Shown here in pieces: positions 26,358 through 38,974 of a stretch of DNA of 64,000 nucleotides (its first letter is position 1; each line of letters opens with the position of its first letter). The notes under the pieces are model-generated. The model did no database searches, was not told the DNA's origin, and was given only the letters and a program-made list of their open reading frames with translations. The stretch is taken from the NCBI GenBank assembly GCA_965644265.1, contig OZ286465.1, positions 95,976,001 to 96,040,000 on the forward strand. Direction: 5' to 3'. The position numbers and the translations under genes were made by a program. The DNA comes from Glycera tridactyla (taxonomy: Eukaryota).

Positions 26358-28390
26358 AACAAAAATCTGAAGCAAACGGAAACTGTGATGGTTGAAATAT
26401 GTGTATGTTTGGGTGAGAGTTTCTCTTATCATGCCAATCTAAAGCTTCCTGGAAGTCATGAATATCATGAGAAAACTTTGATCTACTCAAAATCATACAC
26501 ATAATAACAGATACAAACTGCATACTGTCCCATGATTTCCCATTTTATCGAATGAAATTCAGCATTACATGAAAAATCTAATCAACTCGTGTTCAATTTC
26601 TTGAATATCTGAAATCCCTGTAACAATCAGAATTTGGATAACATTGCCAGCAAATCAGAAGCAAAATGATGATAAACGACGAATAAAGCATGCCAGTCCA
26701 ACAGGGATGGGTAAGACAGACAGGGGTGAAAGTGAGGGTGATTGAAGCAAAAACTGATATAATTTGAATTTCGATAAGTTTGAGTTTTCCTTTCCATGAA
26801 ATTTGAAATTCAACTTCACAGTCATTTTGAAATGATTTAAGGATGGAAATGGACATGTATTGATGACGATGGTTGGGTGCCACAGACAAACATTGAACAT
26901 TGGTGCTTTTCATCATCCAATCTGTGAGTTGCTATGGTAGCCACAATGACATCACAGTGTTTGTGTTGTTGGTAGCACATATCAAATACTGCAGAATGTG
27001 ATAGACCAGTTTGGGGCTCAGCCATGGCTAAATCATTTTGATTATCCAAACATCATCTTTTTTTCCAATTTTCAGAAAAAATGTCTTGAACACATCACCG
27101 GTAGAATTTTCAGGTCTAAACATCATCATTCGTGAAACTCTGAAATCTAGTTGCCCTTGGTTCAAAATTGCAAGATCTCAATATCAACAAATTGCCATAT
27201 ATTTTCGGATGAATCCTTTCTTTTCAGTACAAATCTGGGAAATTTGTCTCAGAATCTGACTTCTGTGATAGATTCATGATGAAGAGATCAAAATGATGCT
27301 TTCTCAGAACCTGACCTAGCTCATTGCACGTACAATGAACTTATCATTTGATATATCTTTTCCTCGTTTTCCTAAGACAATTCTGACTCATCCCAAAACC
27401 ACCCATTAAGCTGTCTAAGTTATAATTGGAAGAAAGGCACATATTTTTACCATTTGTTTTCCACACAGTCTATGATCACAACTTTAAACTTTGGAGATGC
27501 ATATATGATAGAGATGTTTAAGCAACTTTGATTATAAATCCTAACAATAATATTGTGATGAGCCATTGACCATTTAAATGCTGTATTCATGTCTGAAAAA
27601 GTATATTATTTCATTTTATTTGTGTTTGGAGGAACAAGTTACAATGCAGCCTATAAATAAAATGAATAATATCTGAATACTCAGTTTCAGTGACTTTTCA
27701 TGTATGAGTAGATCTCATGGACTCTACTTTATGTTTGATATTCTGTGGACAAATAATCAAACGGTCATTGTCACTTGCTCACTTCGACTAGGGAAAAGTC
27801 TCAAACACTTTGGGGCTTTCTAAAGCTAGGGGAATAATACATGTCTCTACACCCAAATTGATGTTGAAACTTCTGATTCAAAATCACATATACATTTTTG
27901 AATATGAATATGAATGACTTTGCCATTGAATGACCTTCAGAATTTGGCCAAACTGGTCTATTGTGATCACTTATTACTGCAGAGATTTTACTTACATCTG
28001 ATTCTATCTGAATTAAATTGTCAAAAGAAATTCAAATTTATATCATCCCCCTCTGAATGTGACAATGACAATGTGTGACAGATGCAAACGATGAACTGGT
28101 TCCTTGCTGAAAAGTTGTGATGAGAGGAATATTTTCATGCAAATGCACTTGAATCTATAATAAAACACTATGTCATGGTCCATATCGGAATGGCTGGATC
28201 GAGTATGATTTCCATACAAACATTAAGGATTATAAGTATTCCATATGAGAGAAAAGAGTGATCAACAGGGACAAAAGCTGTGAACCTTTCAGGAATGTGG
28301 ACATGGCTTCCTGACCTGAAACTGAAACCCCTGCTGGCAACTGGAAGAACTATGATTAATTCCTCCGGGTGGCAGTTGACAGTAACCATC

Positions 28391-28551
28391 NNNNNNNNNN
28401 NNNNNNNNNNNNNNNNNNNNNNNNNNNNNNNNNNNNNNNNNNNNNNNNNNNNNNNNNNNNNNNNNNNNNNNNNNNNNNNNNNNNNNNNNNNNNNNNNNNN
28501 NNNNNNNNNNNNNNNNNNNNNNNNNNNNNNNNNNNNNNNNNNNNNNNNNNN
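28391..28551. other. Assembly gap (161 N)
   Basis: Run of n. Confidence 1.
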
Positions 28552-29292
28552 TCATCCAAACACAGCCTCCGAAAATTCCTGGAGCATGCATAGTATGAAG
28601 GAAGGAAAAATGTCAATTTTCACCGATGTTCTGAAATATAATTCATCTGGTATTTCTGTCAAGGAATGCATATGATAATCCAATTTCCTCCTAAACATGA
28701 GAAAATGAATCAATAATCAGGAGTTCAATACAATGTTTCATGTTTACTTGTCTGGGATGAGCCACTCTGTTCATACTATTATTCAGCAATAGCCATTTCA
28801 TTTCAACATATTGCATGTCGACAAGGTCATGAAATGTGGGTAAACAGTATGTAAAATAGAAACATACTGTAGCAATGACTTCGCAACATACTGGAGCCCA
28901 TGATGATGTCATATACACCATTGTACATGACAACGGAGGAGAATCATACCCTCAGAGAAGTATATCACATATCATATCAGATGGTTTTGCAGATGATTTG
29001 TGTGCCCAAAGTCCATGTGGAATCCCTATGCAGAACTCTCCAATCCTTGTATATGCATGCATATGGTAGCTCTCATATGGATATGCAACAAATGGCATGC
29101 CCATAGGGATGGAAGGAAAACAATCTCTACACCACACCTTCATATGATATTGACCCTACATCTGTATTGCAAGAATCCATGATGCAACGAAATTAGAAGG
29201 CATGTCAATAGTGAGGCAGGACAAGTGCCATGCGATACACCTTTCATCATGCTGCTCACAAATTTTAAGAATAAGTAGGAAGGCCGTTCATC

Positions 29293-29325
29293 CATTCATT
29301 CATTCATTCATTCATTCATTCATTC
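29293..29325. repeat. (CATT)n microsatellite
   Basis: Direct reading. Confidence 0.95.
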
Positions 29326-31118
29326 CTGAAATGAAGAATAATCAACTTATATATCAATGAAGGTCTTCATGTGAAGTACATGTAAATATATAGTCAGTGA
29401 TTTTATTTATAGATGTAGGCTGCTTTCAAGTGTGCATATTACTCTCAAAATCAGGGGGACTGTTATAGCCTCTCATGAACTACACCAGTTGTCTTTTGTA
29501 ACTATTATCTGATATAATTGGCTCTCATTTTACACACTTATGCAGGGCAAATAAAGTTAGAGGAAGTGCACAGTCAGATATGTGCCAGAAAGACACATGA
29601 AATTCATTATTCTTTAATGTAATTACATGGTTTGGGATACATTGGTGTGTAAATTTGGAGATAGAAACTGCATCAAAATGCCCAAAAGGCCCACACATCT
29701 TCGCTGATGAAAGAACCCCTGAAGAGGTACAGGCGGTACTAATTCAAATCCGAAAACAAATACGATCATCAATGAACAACCATACTAAACCATACCCACT
29801 GCACAGAGTATTTTAGGAAGTGTCCCGGAATAACATCTAACCCCTAGGGCTCTGATGAAAGAGCCCCCTTCATTAGCAAGAAACCTCTCTAGGAATCAAA
29901 TGCCAGTGACATCACTGGCCACAAATCATCAACTTTGGATGCTGATGATTTTGGTTTGAATTTGCACCAGGTTTGTTGGAATGCACAAGTGTTAGCTTCG
30001 ACCCAACCACAATGTCAATCACACCAAACAAATTAGCAGACCAACTTTGAGGCTAGAGATAAAAAGAAAGGTTTTGTTAGTTGTAGGGGCGATCCACACC
30101 TCCAGGACAGACCTTTACATGGATTGCAGCAGTGGGTATGCCAAGGAGGCAACAAATGGACATCTTGCCATCTGCAAATCAGCTCTCATGAAATGCAATA
30201 TTATTCTTCGAACTGTACAAACCATCAATAGTTTGTTAAAAGTTTCCTAACAGTCATGAATCCAATTGTATAATTTGTAGTTTATACTGATCCAATGTTC
30301 AACAACCAGATTTCACCAGTATTATCATTTTTGGCATCCTCCCATGCCAAATAATGGATTCATGCCATGCCTACATGTTTTGTCATGTCATGTCCAGATT
30401 TGATGAATATTTCTGATTTTATGATCAAACAGAGGAAAATATGGAATCTTCAGGACCTTCAACTGGGCTACAACTCCCTTCTCTCAGAGGACTTTTTGAA
30501 CATAGAGCAACAATTCCATGTGATGTATTATTCCTGCTGATTGACAGTGATCATATCAAAAAGCAATTGTCATGGTGCATCAGAGCAAGATGCCATTTGA
30601 TTTGGCTATCAAGAATCTGAATCAGAATGAAAATCATCGGAGCATGCTATTTACATTAAGGGCATCCAAAACCCAATCGCTCCTGGAATTATACATCATT
30701 TAATTCTGATAGGAACGGAGAAAGGGATATTTAATGAGTTTATAGTGGTGAAAATGAACAGTTCAAGTTTGGTTGGTTGCATGTATGTGGTACAACATCA
30801 GGTCAGCACCATATGGGCTATATTGTGATGTCCATGCAATTGGCATCGGTAGGACCATTTGAGACTTCTCCCAGACCCAAACAGGTGGTGAAATTTATGA
30901 AATTCATTCTGTTCAATCAGTTTAAGGGTAATTATCATACCTCTTTTGAACAGCTGAGAAAAGATTAGCAAAAGAGGCCTCTTGGGTCATTTTCAACTGT
31001 TTAGAATATCTTGGTAAATATCATGTACATGTATTGCCACCAACTCTGGCAGCAAGTCATGGTGCCAGTTTGATAGTGTCAAGGTCAAATCAAATTCGAA
31101 TCAGACAGGGATTAAGTA

Positions 31119-31294
31119 CAGTAAAACCTGCGACAAGGGACCCCCGATGAGAGACCACCTCCGATGAGAGGCCGCTTTCCCAGGGCAGCATTCTAATTTG
31201 ACTATGTCAAATATACCTCTGACGAGAGACCACCTCTTTTGAGAGACCACTTTTTGTTGACATTTAGGGCAGTGTCTCATCACAGGTTTCACTG
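31119..31294. mobile_element. Tc1/mariner-pogo-type MITE, same family as 24496-24654
   Basis: ta|cagtaaaacctgcgac ... tctcatcacaggtttcactg|ca; internal gagagaccacct repeats. Confidence 0.85.
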
Positions 31295-32822
31295 CAACAT
31301 GAGCGAGAGCTTGAAGTTATTTCACATGCAGGTTAGCTGGTAAGCGGATGGGCTGTTGGAGAAGAGACACTGTAACGGACACAAATGAATTAGCAATGCC
31401 AAACTCACTGCACTTCAGGCATTCACATTGGCAGTTCAGTGATTTTCCCATAGAAAATGTGACAAAGATGTATGCAAACTGATGATTTCCATCTGTGTAT
31501 AGATGTGATAAACTGAGCATTCACGGCTTGGGTGCAGCACCATGCAACTTCAAAGTATATTTCAAGATACACCATTTGAGTGTACAAATTACATTCTCAG
31601 AAAACATCAGATTCCATGCCATGAGTATGAAGCTGGATCTCTAGCATGGCACCAACTCTCTAGCTTGTACAGGAGCAGACAGTCTCATGTGTCAAACTAC
31701 TCCAAATGCTCCACCATAGCAGCTGAATAACCCAGCAAGGAGCACACTCCAATTCCACACAGACACCCACAGATACATGTTGATCATGTGGTCATACTCA
31801 TATTCAAGCCATTTCTGAAATTTACATGCCCTGAGAGAATTCTGGAATGAGACTACATGCACATTTGTCAATTGGAATATAGGTAGGAGATTCTCAGAAA
31901 TCATCTAACTTCTTGTTCTGCATTTGAACCTGAATCACCAGCATTTCACTAAATGCTGTAGAAGCAATAATCTTATGCATGGGTCTACCCTAACTGCCCC
32001 TGAATGGCAGCCAAATGACCCAGTCAGGAGCACACTCAACTCCTCCCCATTGTGTGGAAATTCCACAAACAGTTTGAACATGACTCCCGGGGTGTTTGTG
32101 TGGGGGTTGGAGTGATCTCTGACGAGAATCTAGAAGTCTCTTTTCTATCTTTTGTGTCCACACCGATTTTTCGCTGTAATTATCTGAATCAGTCGTGTGT
32201 CAAAGTGCATACTGATGTGAATTTCCTGTGTGAAATAGGTCAAAGATCAAGTACAGTTGGTCATCAGTTAAAATAAACCTAGTGACCAATTTTGAAGCTC
32301 TTTATTTTCTGAAGACTAAGAAAATGAAATCATAGCATATAGTGTCTCTAATGAAGTGAAATCTGCATGCTTCATGAATGCATGACATCATCATATTCAA
32401 CACATTTCTCACTTTTCAAAAAGGACCTCCAGTTGAAGCAACCAATGTGACCATAAAAAAGTCATAATTGTATGAAATTCACCAAAGCAATAAATCTTGA
32501 AAATGGAATGAACACCAACACAACGACACAGTGAAGCAGAGGTGATCAAAAGTACATGCCAGTTAATCAACATCTTTTATGCCATGATTTGTAATGTCAA
32601 ACATGTGGGTGACTCTTTTGACATTTTGAAGAAATCATGTGAGCTACAGTCGATTCCACTTCCTTCGTGAACAAATTTTTCTCAGATATCTCACGTGAAA
32701 ATACATTGAGAAAGGCGATACCTACACTGACATTTGGAAAAGGTATTGTTGATATGAATAAGAACTTCTCCAATTCATGATGCAAACGTATTTTCTCATG
32801 TTTGACATGTTCCCAACACTGG

Positions 32823-32960
32823 CTACATTGTGCTTGACTCCAAGTTGTGTGCTAACGCCACTCTACGCCACAATCGTCGGTCACGTGTCTTACGTTGGCA
32901 CGCTTCTTTAATGGCCATGTCGCAGCAGTCAATGAGGCCAGACTGCATTTTTTCTCTGTA
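32823..32960 (-). mobile_element. RTE-clade LINE 3' end remnant
   Basis: The translation LIDCCDMAIKEACQRKTRDRRLWRRVALAHNLESST* matches the typical RTE ORF2 C-terminus (...DR..WR..V...). Confidence 0.5.
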
Positions 32961-35463
32961 AGTTCTCTGTATGATGAAATTCAGTTCATTCTTCAGTCGT
33001 GTATATACCAAAAGTAGCGAATTTGAGAGCGTTTATGTTTCACTCTTTAAAGTAAGCCCTGCTCACGTTTCAGCAGATAAAATCGCGAAAAACATAGGTC
33101 ATCAAATAGGTGGAATTGACTGAAGTGATTAGCATCACCCAAAGTGTGAAAACAGTCAGTTAGATACGCTAGATTGCAATGAGTTACCAGAGTGACCTCA
33201 CAAAATTAGGGTGTTATAATCTGACCTTAATAAGCCCCAGATTTATTGAGATTTACGCAAAAAAACTGGTGAGACATTTCTGTGCACGAAAAGCATCCTC
33301 TTTTCATTTGCAAGTGGTCCCTTTCACCAATTTGTTCTCCTGGCAATAAGCACCCACCTTAATGGCATATTGATCAAACTCTGTCAAATCCAAATGTGCA
33401 AGGTATGTTTCACACGATAAGTTCACCATTTTTCGTCTGATCTGAGTTTTAATGGCACAAATCTATTGTAGTGGTCTTCCAGCAATCATCGAGCCCAGTT
33501 TGAGGTGGTCTACATTCATTCAAAGGCAATTTGCTTTCAATTTATTGCATTTATACAGCCAAACTGCTGCCATTATCACAATTCTAGTCCCTGCAGATGT
33601 CAAAAAAGTCTGTCAGTGAGACTCATCTTGATCTCATGCGAATTCATGAGGCTATGGTGAAAAAAACTACCTGCCACGATTGAACTTGACAGACTTAAGC
33701 CGTGAAACAATGCAATCAGAAGATGGATTGGGTTCTAGCATAAGAACAAGATAATTCAGTTCTAAATTACTTCACCATCCAAATATGCAATTTGGCCATG
33801 ATATAATTTCACGCATGGCCCCAATTGCCTAGATTTTATAGCAGAAAGTAGTCTTATGCACCAAGCCACTCAGACTCCAATGTCACGCAACAGGGGGTGA
33901 GCAGAATGGAAAGGATATTCCACTGGAAGGCTGGGTTATTCCATCTCTAGAAAATGCATGAGTGCAATCATTTCACATATCAAGCAATCAAGTTGTGATG
34001 TCAGCAAATCTCCTGGTTCCTTCCATGGCATGCAGATTGCATCATTGAAATGATCAAGTAAGAAGGCACCATTTTTATAAACAAGAATTCACACTTATTG
34101 GACAGAACTGCAAAGGGGTCTCACTCGGTTGATGATATCCTTGTAATTTGATTCAATAGTCTTCCATCCTGGAATTTATATAAAATGCTGTTAGAGCTGA
34201 ATTAATCACTACATTTTTTTGCAGGTATGAAATAATTAGAAGAAATTGGATATGCCACAAAAAATAAAATGGGACCATATCTCATGAATTCATTTATGTC
34301 TGCTATATAAGGAATGAGTTGCTCATGGAATCCTCAAAAGTGTATGTTTTATTGGGGCTCATGCTCCAAACTCCAGTGGTCTTGACTTAACATCCCCGGA
34401 TTAGGAAATAAAGTTATAACATATTTACAAGAGTGAACTGATTAACAAGTGGAATTAGGTTAAAATTGTTAGTACGGAGATGTCACTCATGTACAGGATG
34501 TGGAATGATTTGACAGTTGAACAGATGAGATTTTCCAACCCAGATGCATCTTCCTGATTTCTCACATATGTAATGAAAATAATGGTTTTCCAAACTCAAT
34601 CCCCAAAATAAAATAAGCCTTAAGGAAAATGTTTCTGTGGTGGATTTTACATGTTTGATAATAAATAATGGGATGAAAATACAATTGTAATTTCTGAAAC
34701 ATAGATCACTAGAGGAATATAAACTAGCTCATGGATATCCTGGAATGATTGTCTACCAATAAGTATCTAGGGTGTATCAAAAAGGCACATGAAATGACTT
34801 TCAGGCATTGATTTCCAGCTTTTCTCATTGGTAAAGTATATGGTGAGGAAACATTATTCATTGAAGAGCACACACTTTTGGAAACAGGTAGACTGATTTT
34901 AGCCCAAGTCCTGCTGCACATACTCAAGACATGAAGTTACTCCCAATTCTCGATGATTCAGAACGAAATGTGTAAAAAACATAGAAAAGTTGTAAGAGTG
35001 TGTTAGAAACATTTCAAAGTGTCACTCGGAAGAAAACTCAAGAGATTTTGGTTGCAAAAAGCTGTGAGTTTACATGATAGTCCCAGACATCCTGGTGTTT
35101 ATTTATTTTTTCACAGAAAATTCAAATATCGAAGTTGAATTATCGAAAGCATGATTATTTTTATCTCGCTTTAATAATTAGGATAATCCTCTTTTATAAA
35201 CTCAAGCTGGGATGGAAAGTTTCAGAGTGCTAAAAAAAAAGAATTATGACCCAAATTATGGGATCTTTTATCAGGAGGCAATATTTGGAGACCGCAAATT
35301 GATGAAGCCATTCTTGGCAAATTACATGGCTTTTTTCCATTGCCACTCCATAGCGCACATTACACATTACATATTTTTGAGTGCATGAAAATGATGAAAA
35401 CTTCATGAAATATCTCAGTTACATGCACATTTCCAGTAGGAATAGTGAAAAATAAGTATTTTA

Positions 35464-35540
35464 TTGACATTAATTCTCACATGGTTCAGAAAAGTAAGTA
35501 TTTTGTTGACATTAATTCTCACATGGTTCAGAAAAGTGAG
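35464..35540. repeat. 42-bp tandem duplication
   Basis: ttgacattaattctcacatggttcagaaaagt occurs at 35464 and 35506. Confidence 0.9.
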
Positions 35541-35978
35541 TCAAAGTTCAGTCAGTCAAAGAAACAAACCACTGAGAAGATGGTTATCTTTGGTAGAGAT
35601 AAAAACACTACACAGTGGTGAAAGGGATTTCATGCAAAAATACTGCACTGATGGGGGATGTTCTACGGATCTCTAGATATACCTTTATGACTAGTGTTTC
35701 TTTTCCTTGTAAATCTGTCAGAATCACATCACAGTCATGAGGTATAACTAAAGACCAGAAAAAGACCCCGCATGTGAGGATGCCTGAAATGTGCAGGTCT
35801 GGCGGCACCAAGTAAGTATCTAAAATAGATGTAAATATGAGGGAGTACCTAGCAATAGAAGCGGGTGTGTATGCAGAAGGACTAGGGGAAAAATGCCGTA
35901 GTCTCCTTCTCCTTGGCTTGCTCCTGCTCCGCAGATACGGTCCGATTTGGCGCCTAGAAGAGAATGTTGGACACTTAC

Positions 35979-36086
35979 AGTTGTACAATGATGACAAACA
36001 AAAACCCATAAACATGAGAAGGCCGCTTGATGCAGCAACCAATCTGTACACAGGCACAGTCAGCACAAGGGACAGATATTTTCCCG
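35979..36086 (-). CDS. Candidate internal exon (108 nt, phase 1-1) encoding a hydrophobic, MFS/SLC16-like helix
   Basis: Acceptor ttttactgagctcgtatttcag|, donor AACT|gtaagt. The frame reads GKYLSLVLTVPVYRLVAASSGLLMFMGFCLSSLYN. The family resemblance is by eye, and it could be decayed sequence. Confidence 0.25.
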
Positions 36087-36791
36087 CTGAAATACGAGCT
36101 CAGTAAAAACATGAAAATAATTCCCAATTCATGCACCATCCCCATGACCATCTCTATCTCCCAGGAGAGGAGAGCGGGTATGACTACAAATACCTAGAAT
36201 GGAAAGAGGTTTGCACACGGCTCCATTGCCGTCAGTGCTATGATAATCATGATCATAATTGTGGAATATCTAGAATGAAAACAAGATGTAGACATTACTC
36301 CTTCCTCATCGTCATTGCCTTCGTACTCTCAATCATCACTGTCATCTTCATCAGATCATCAGTATCTTCATCACTCATGTCAGGTGCAACTCCTGCTCTC
36401 CCTTCTTGAGGATGACCAAGAAGAGAGCGAGGATGACAACATGAATAATGTTGAGGATGAGGATATTGACGAAGATGACCAATGACAACAGAGGGCACTG
36501 AGAGAGCCATTCCAGTCAGCGGGTGGCCTTCAAGTTGATGATGATGCTGATATAATAGATAATAAGAATATCATGGCTGGTGCCCATGAAATCCTTCAAA
36601 TCTACTCTTCAGATTTTCAGATTTATAAAGTTGTTGTTAATGATGGATAATATTCAATGGGTGAGACAGTGTACTGTTAGTAGAAACAAAGACACTATCA
36701 TTTATTCTTGCATGACATATTCAAGACTTCAGTATGATCCAATGGTGTGATTTCTGCTGGATGCTTCCACCTGAGGAAGAGTGGGTGAGTC

Positions 36792-37356
36792 GCTACACAC
36801 AGGTACTAGAGTGGAACAAGTGATACACATGAAACATTCGACAGTGAGCGTACATCGGTGAAGTCACCAAATATGACATGAAACCTGAAGACAATATTTG
36901 CGGGCGTTTCATTGTTGCCTCGCATGAAAAGAACCTGAACTCGTTTGTTATATGTATATCTTGTCAGGATTGAACCCAGGCCTTCGTGAAAGTGCAATTA
37001 GTGCTTGCACTTAGATTCAGTGAGCTTGCCCCCTTGCTGCTGCTATCGATGTTGATCATATCATTCTATCCACATCAAAACCACCCAGCCATCTCTCAAC
37101 AGGGACTAGGGCCGGCACACCCTCTCCAGCATCTACGGGGAGATCTTGAGATCATGTGATTCTCCCCGATCCTCGGGTCACGTGGTCTCGCAACAGCAAA
37201 CACCAATTACTAGTAGTTGAAAAGGGAATACGGATGTGTTCCGAAAGCTTCTACCAAGAACCTTTCACTGTGAGTATCGAGAATCTTTCTTACCTCAACA
37301 TATCATTCTCATTGCTTGTTCCACTCCAGTACCACTCCAGTACCCATATGTGGCGA
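36792..37356. mobile_element. Segment bounded by diverged inverted copies of the 2163-2243 repeat
   Basis: 36792-36870 (+) and 37314-37356 (-) both carry ggtactRgagtggaacaag. A tRNA B-box-like ggattgaacc lies at 36967-36976. Confidence 0.45.
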
Positions 37357-38561
37357 TTTGCCGACACCCAGACCGGCGGGAACGAGGGGCAGACATCAAG
37401 CTATACAACTAGCCTGAGAGTGTTTCACTGTTGATAACTACCAGGATCAAACTTGAACATGTACGTCATGCACTTGTTGATGTGCACATGCTCTATATTT
37501 GGTATTCACTCAATGCAGCCAGAACTGTTATCTATGACACTATGCCTTTACTATGTTCTAATGATCTCTGGTATGAACAAAGGGGTATCATACCAAAACC
37601 CAGTGGCTCCTGGAATTTTGATAGGCCCCCTTTGTCATGACGGCCAAGTCATAAAACCATGCATTTGCTGGCATTGGGGTCATGGTTTCCATCGCCAATT
37701 TGGATGAAGCCTTGTCATTTTCCTTAGTCAAATGAAAAGTCTAAGCGCCAATCTCAAGGATTATGAATGCCAAGTGTTCCTGATCTATGGAAGCTAGACA
37801 TTCTGTCTCCAGCAGACATGATTCTCACAAACCCCAAACACAAGATGATGGAAGAGGAAGGAAGTGACAGGACACATTGTATCATTAGATGTAGAGGTGG
37901 GTGGTCTGTGTTCGAGGACAGCACACAGATTCTTCCTCTGTCTTTCATGTTAGATGAACAATACCTATGGTTTATCTCAGTATGGAGTATTGTTCGGTTT
38001 ACATAAGTTAAAAGTTATCCTGGTTCATTCAATACAGCCATTCTGAACATAATTCCATGTTTCAGTCAATAGAATGAAGCATCTAAGTTAATAGTGCATG
38101 TGATAAGACCAATCATATAAGTGAGACCAGGGATGGTACCCAGCATATTACCTTCAGAATAGCCTGATTTCTAATGGAGTGGATATCTACGAACTTATTC
38201 TATGTGCTTGACAGTGCAGTGATAAAAACAATAGCTTTGGGCTATGAAGTTCAACTGATAGCTGCGTTGCTGATGTCGGTTGACTGCTTGCTTTCATAAT
38301 CAAAGCTCCTTATCAGAATCTGCAAGACTATGATGATCTATTTCTGAATGAATATAATAGTTGGAAGGAAACCAGGAGGAAAGAAAAGTCCAAGAAAATA
38401 TAATGAGGGAGAAAGGAAAGAAATGCACTTGAGGGTTGGTTCGGGATTATCAGAAGTTAAGATGCGGAGGGGCTGTATACATGAAAGTGGGTAGAAACAT
38501 CCTCAAATCTGAATTGAGAAGAAGCAAAGGCTTGTCAGGGAAACAGAGGCTTTTGGGGTAG

Positions 38562-38640
38562 ACAGACAGAGACAGACAGACAGACAGACAGATGGACAGG
38601 TTGCTGGGCAGACACACAGACAGACAGAAACAGATAGATG
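38562..38640. repeat. Imperfect (GACA)n microsatellite next to gap
   Basis: Direct reading. Confidence 0.9.
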
Positions 38641-38691
38641 AAAGTAAATGTAGTAACTGGAGTTTGAGTGTACCTGAGTGTGCATGTGTGC

Positions 38692-38872
38692 NNNNNNNNN
38701 NNNNNNNNNNNNNNNNNNNNNNNNNNNNNNNNNNNNNNNNNNNNNNNNNNNNNNNNNNNNNNNNNNNNNNNNNNNNNNNNNNNNNNNNNNNNNNNNNNNN
38801 NNNNNNNNNNNNNNNNNNNNNNNNNNNNNNNNNNNNNNNNNNNNNNNNNNNNNNNNNNNNNNNNNNNNNNNN
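38692..38872. other. Assembly gap (181 N)
   Basis: Run of n, preceded by GT-rich simple repeat. Confidence 1.
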
Positions 38873-38974
38873 TGTAAGTGCAAATTTGAGGGGATATTAT
38901 TCATAAAAATGAACAAGAAAACAGGGCAAGAGGCGTAAAAGTTGAGTCTTACTAATACTGAAAGATTCTCTGCA

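Noticed and set aside
35600-36300. piggyBac-like transposase relic (YFC.K..PLC, K.P..YG)
   Set aside because: The motifs are partial and in different frames, the spacing is too short, and there are no TTAA/CCC termini.
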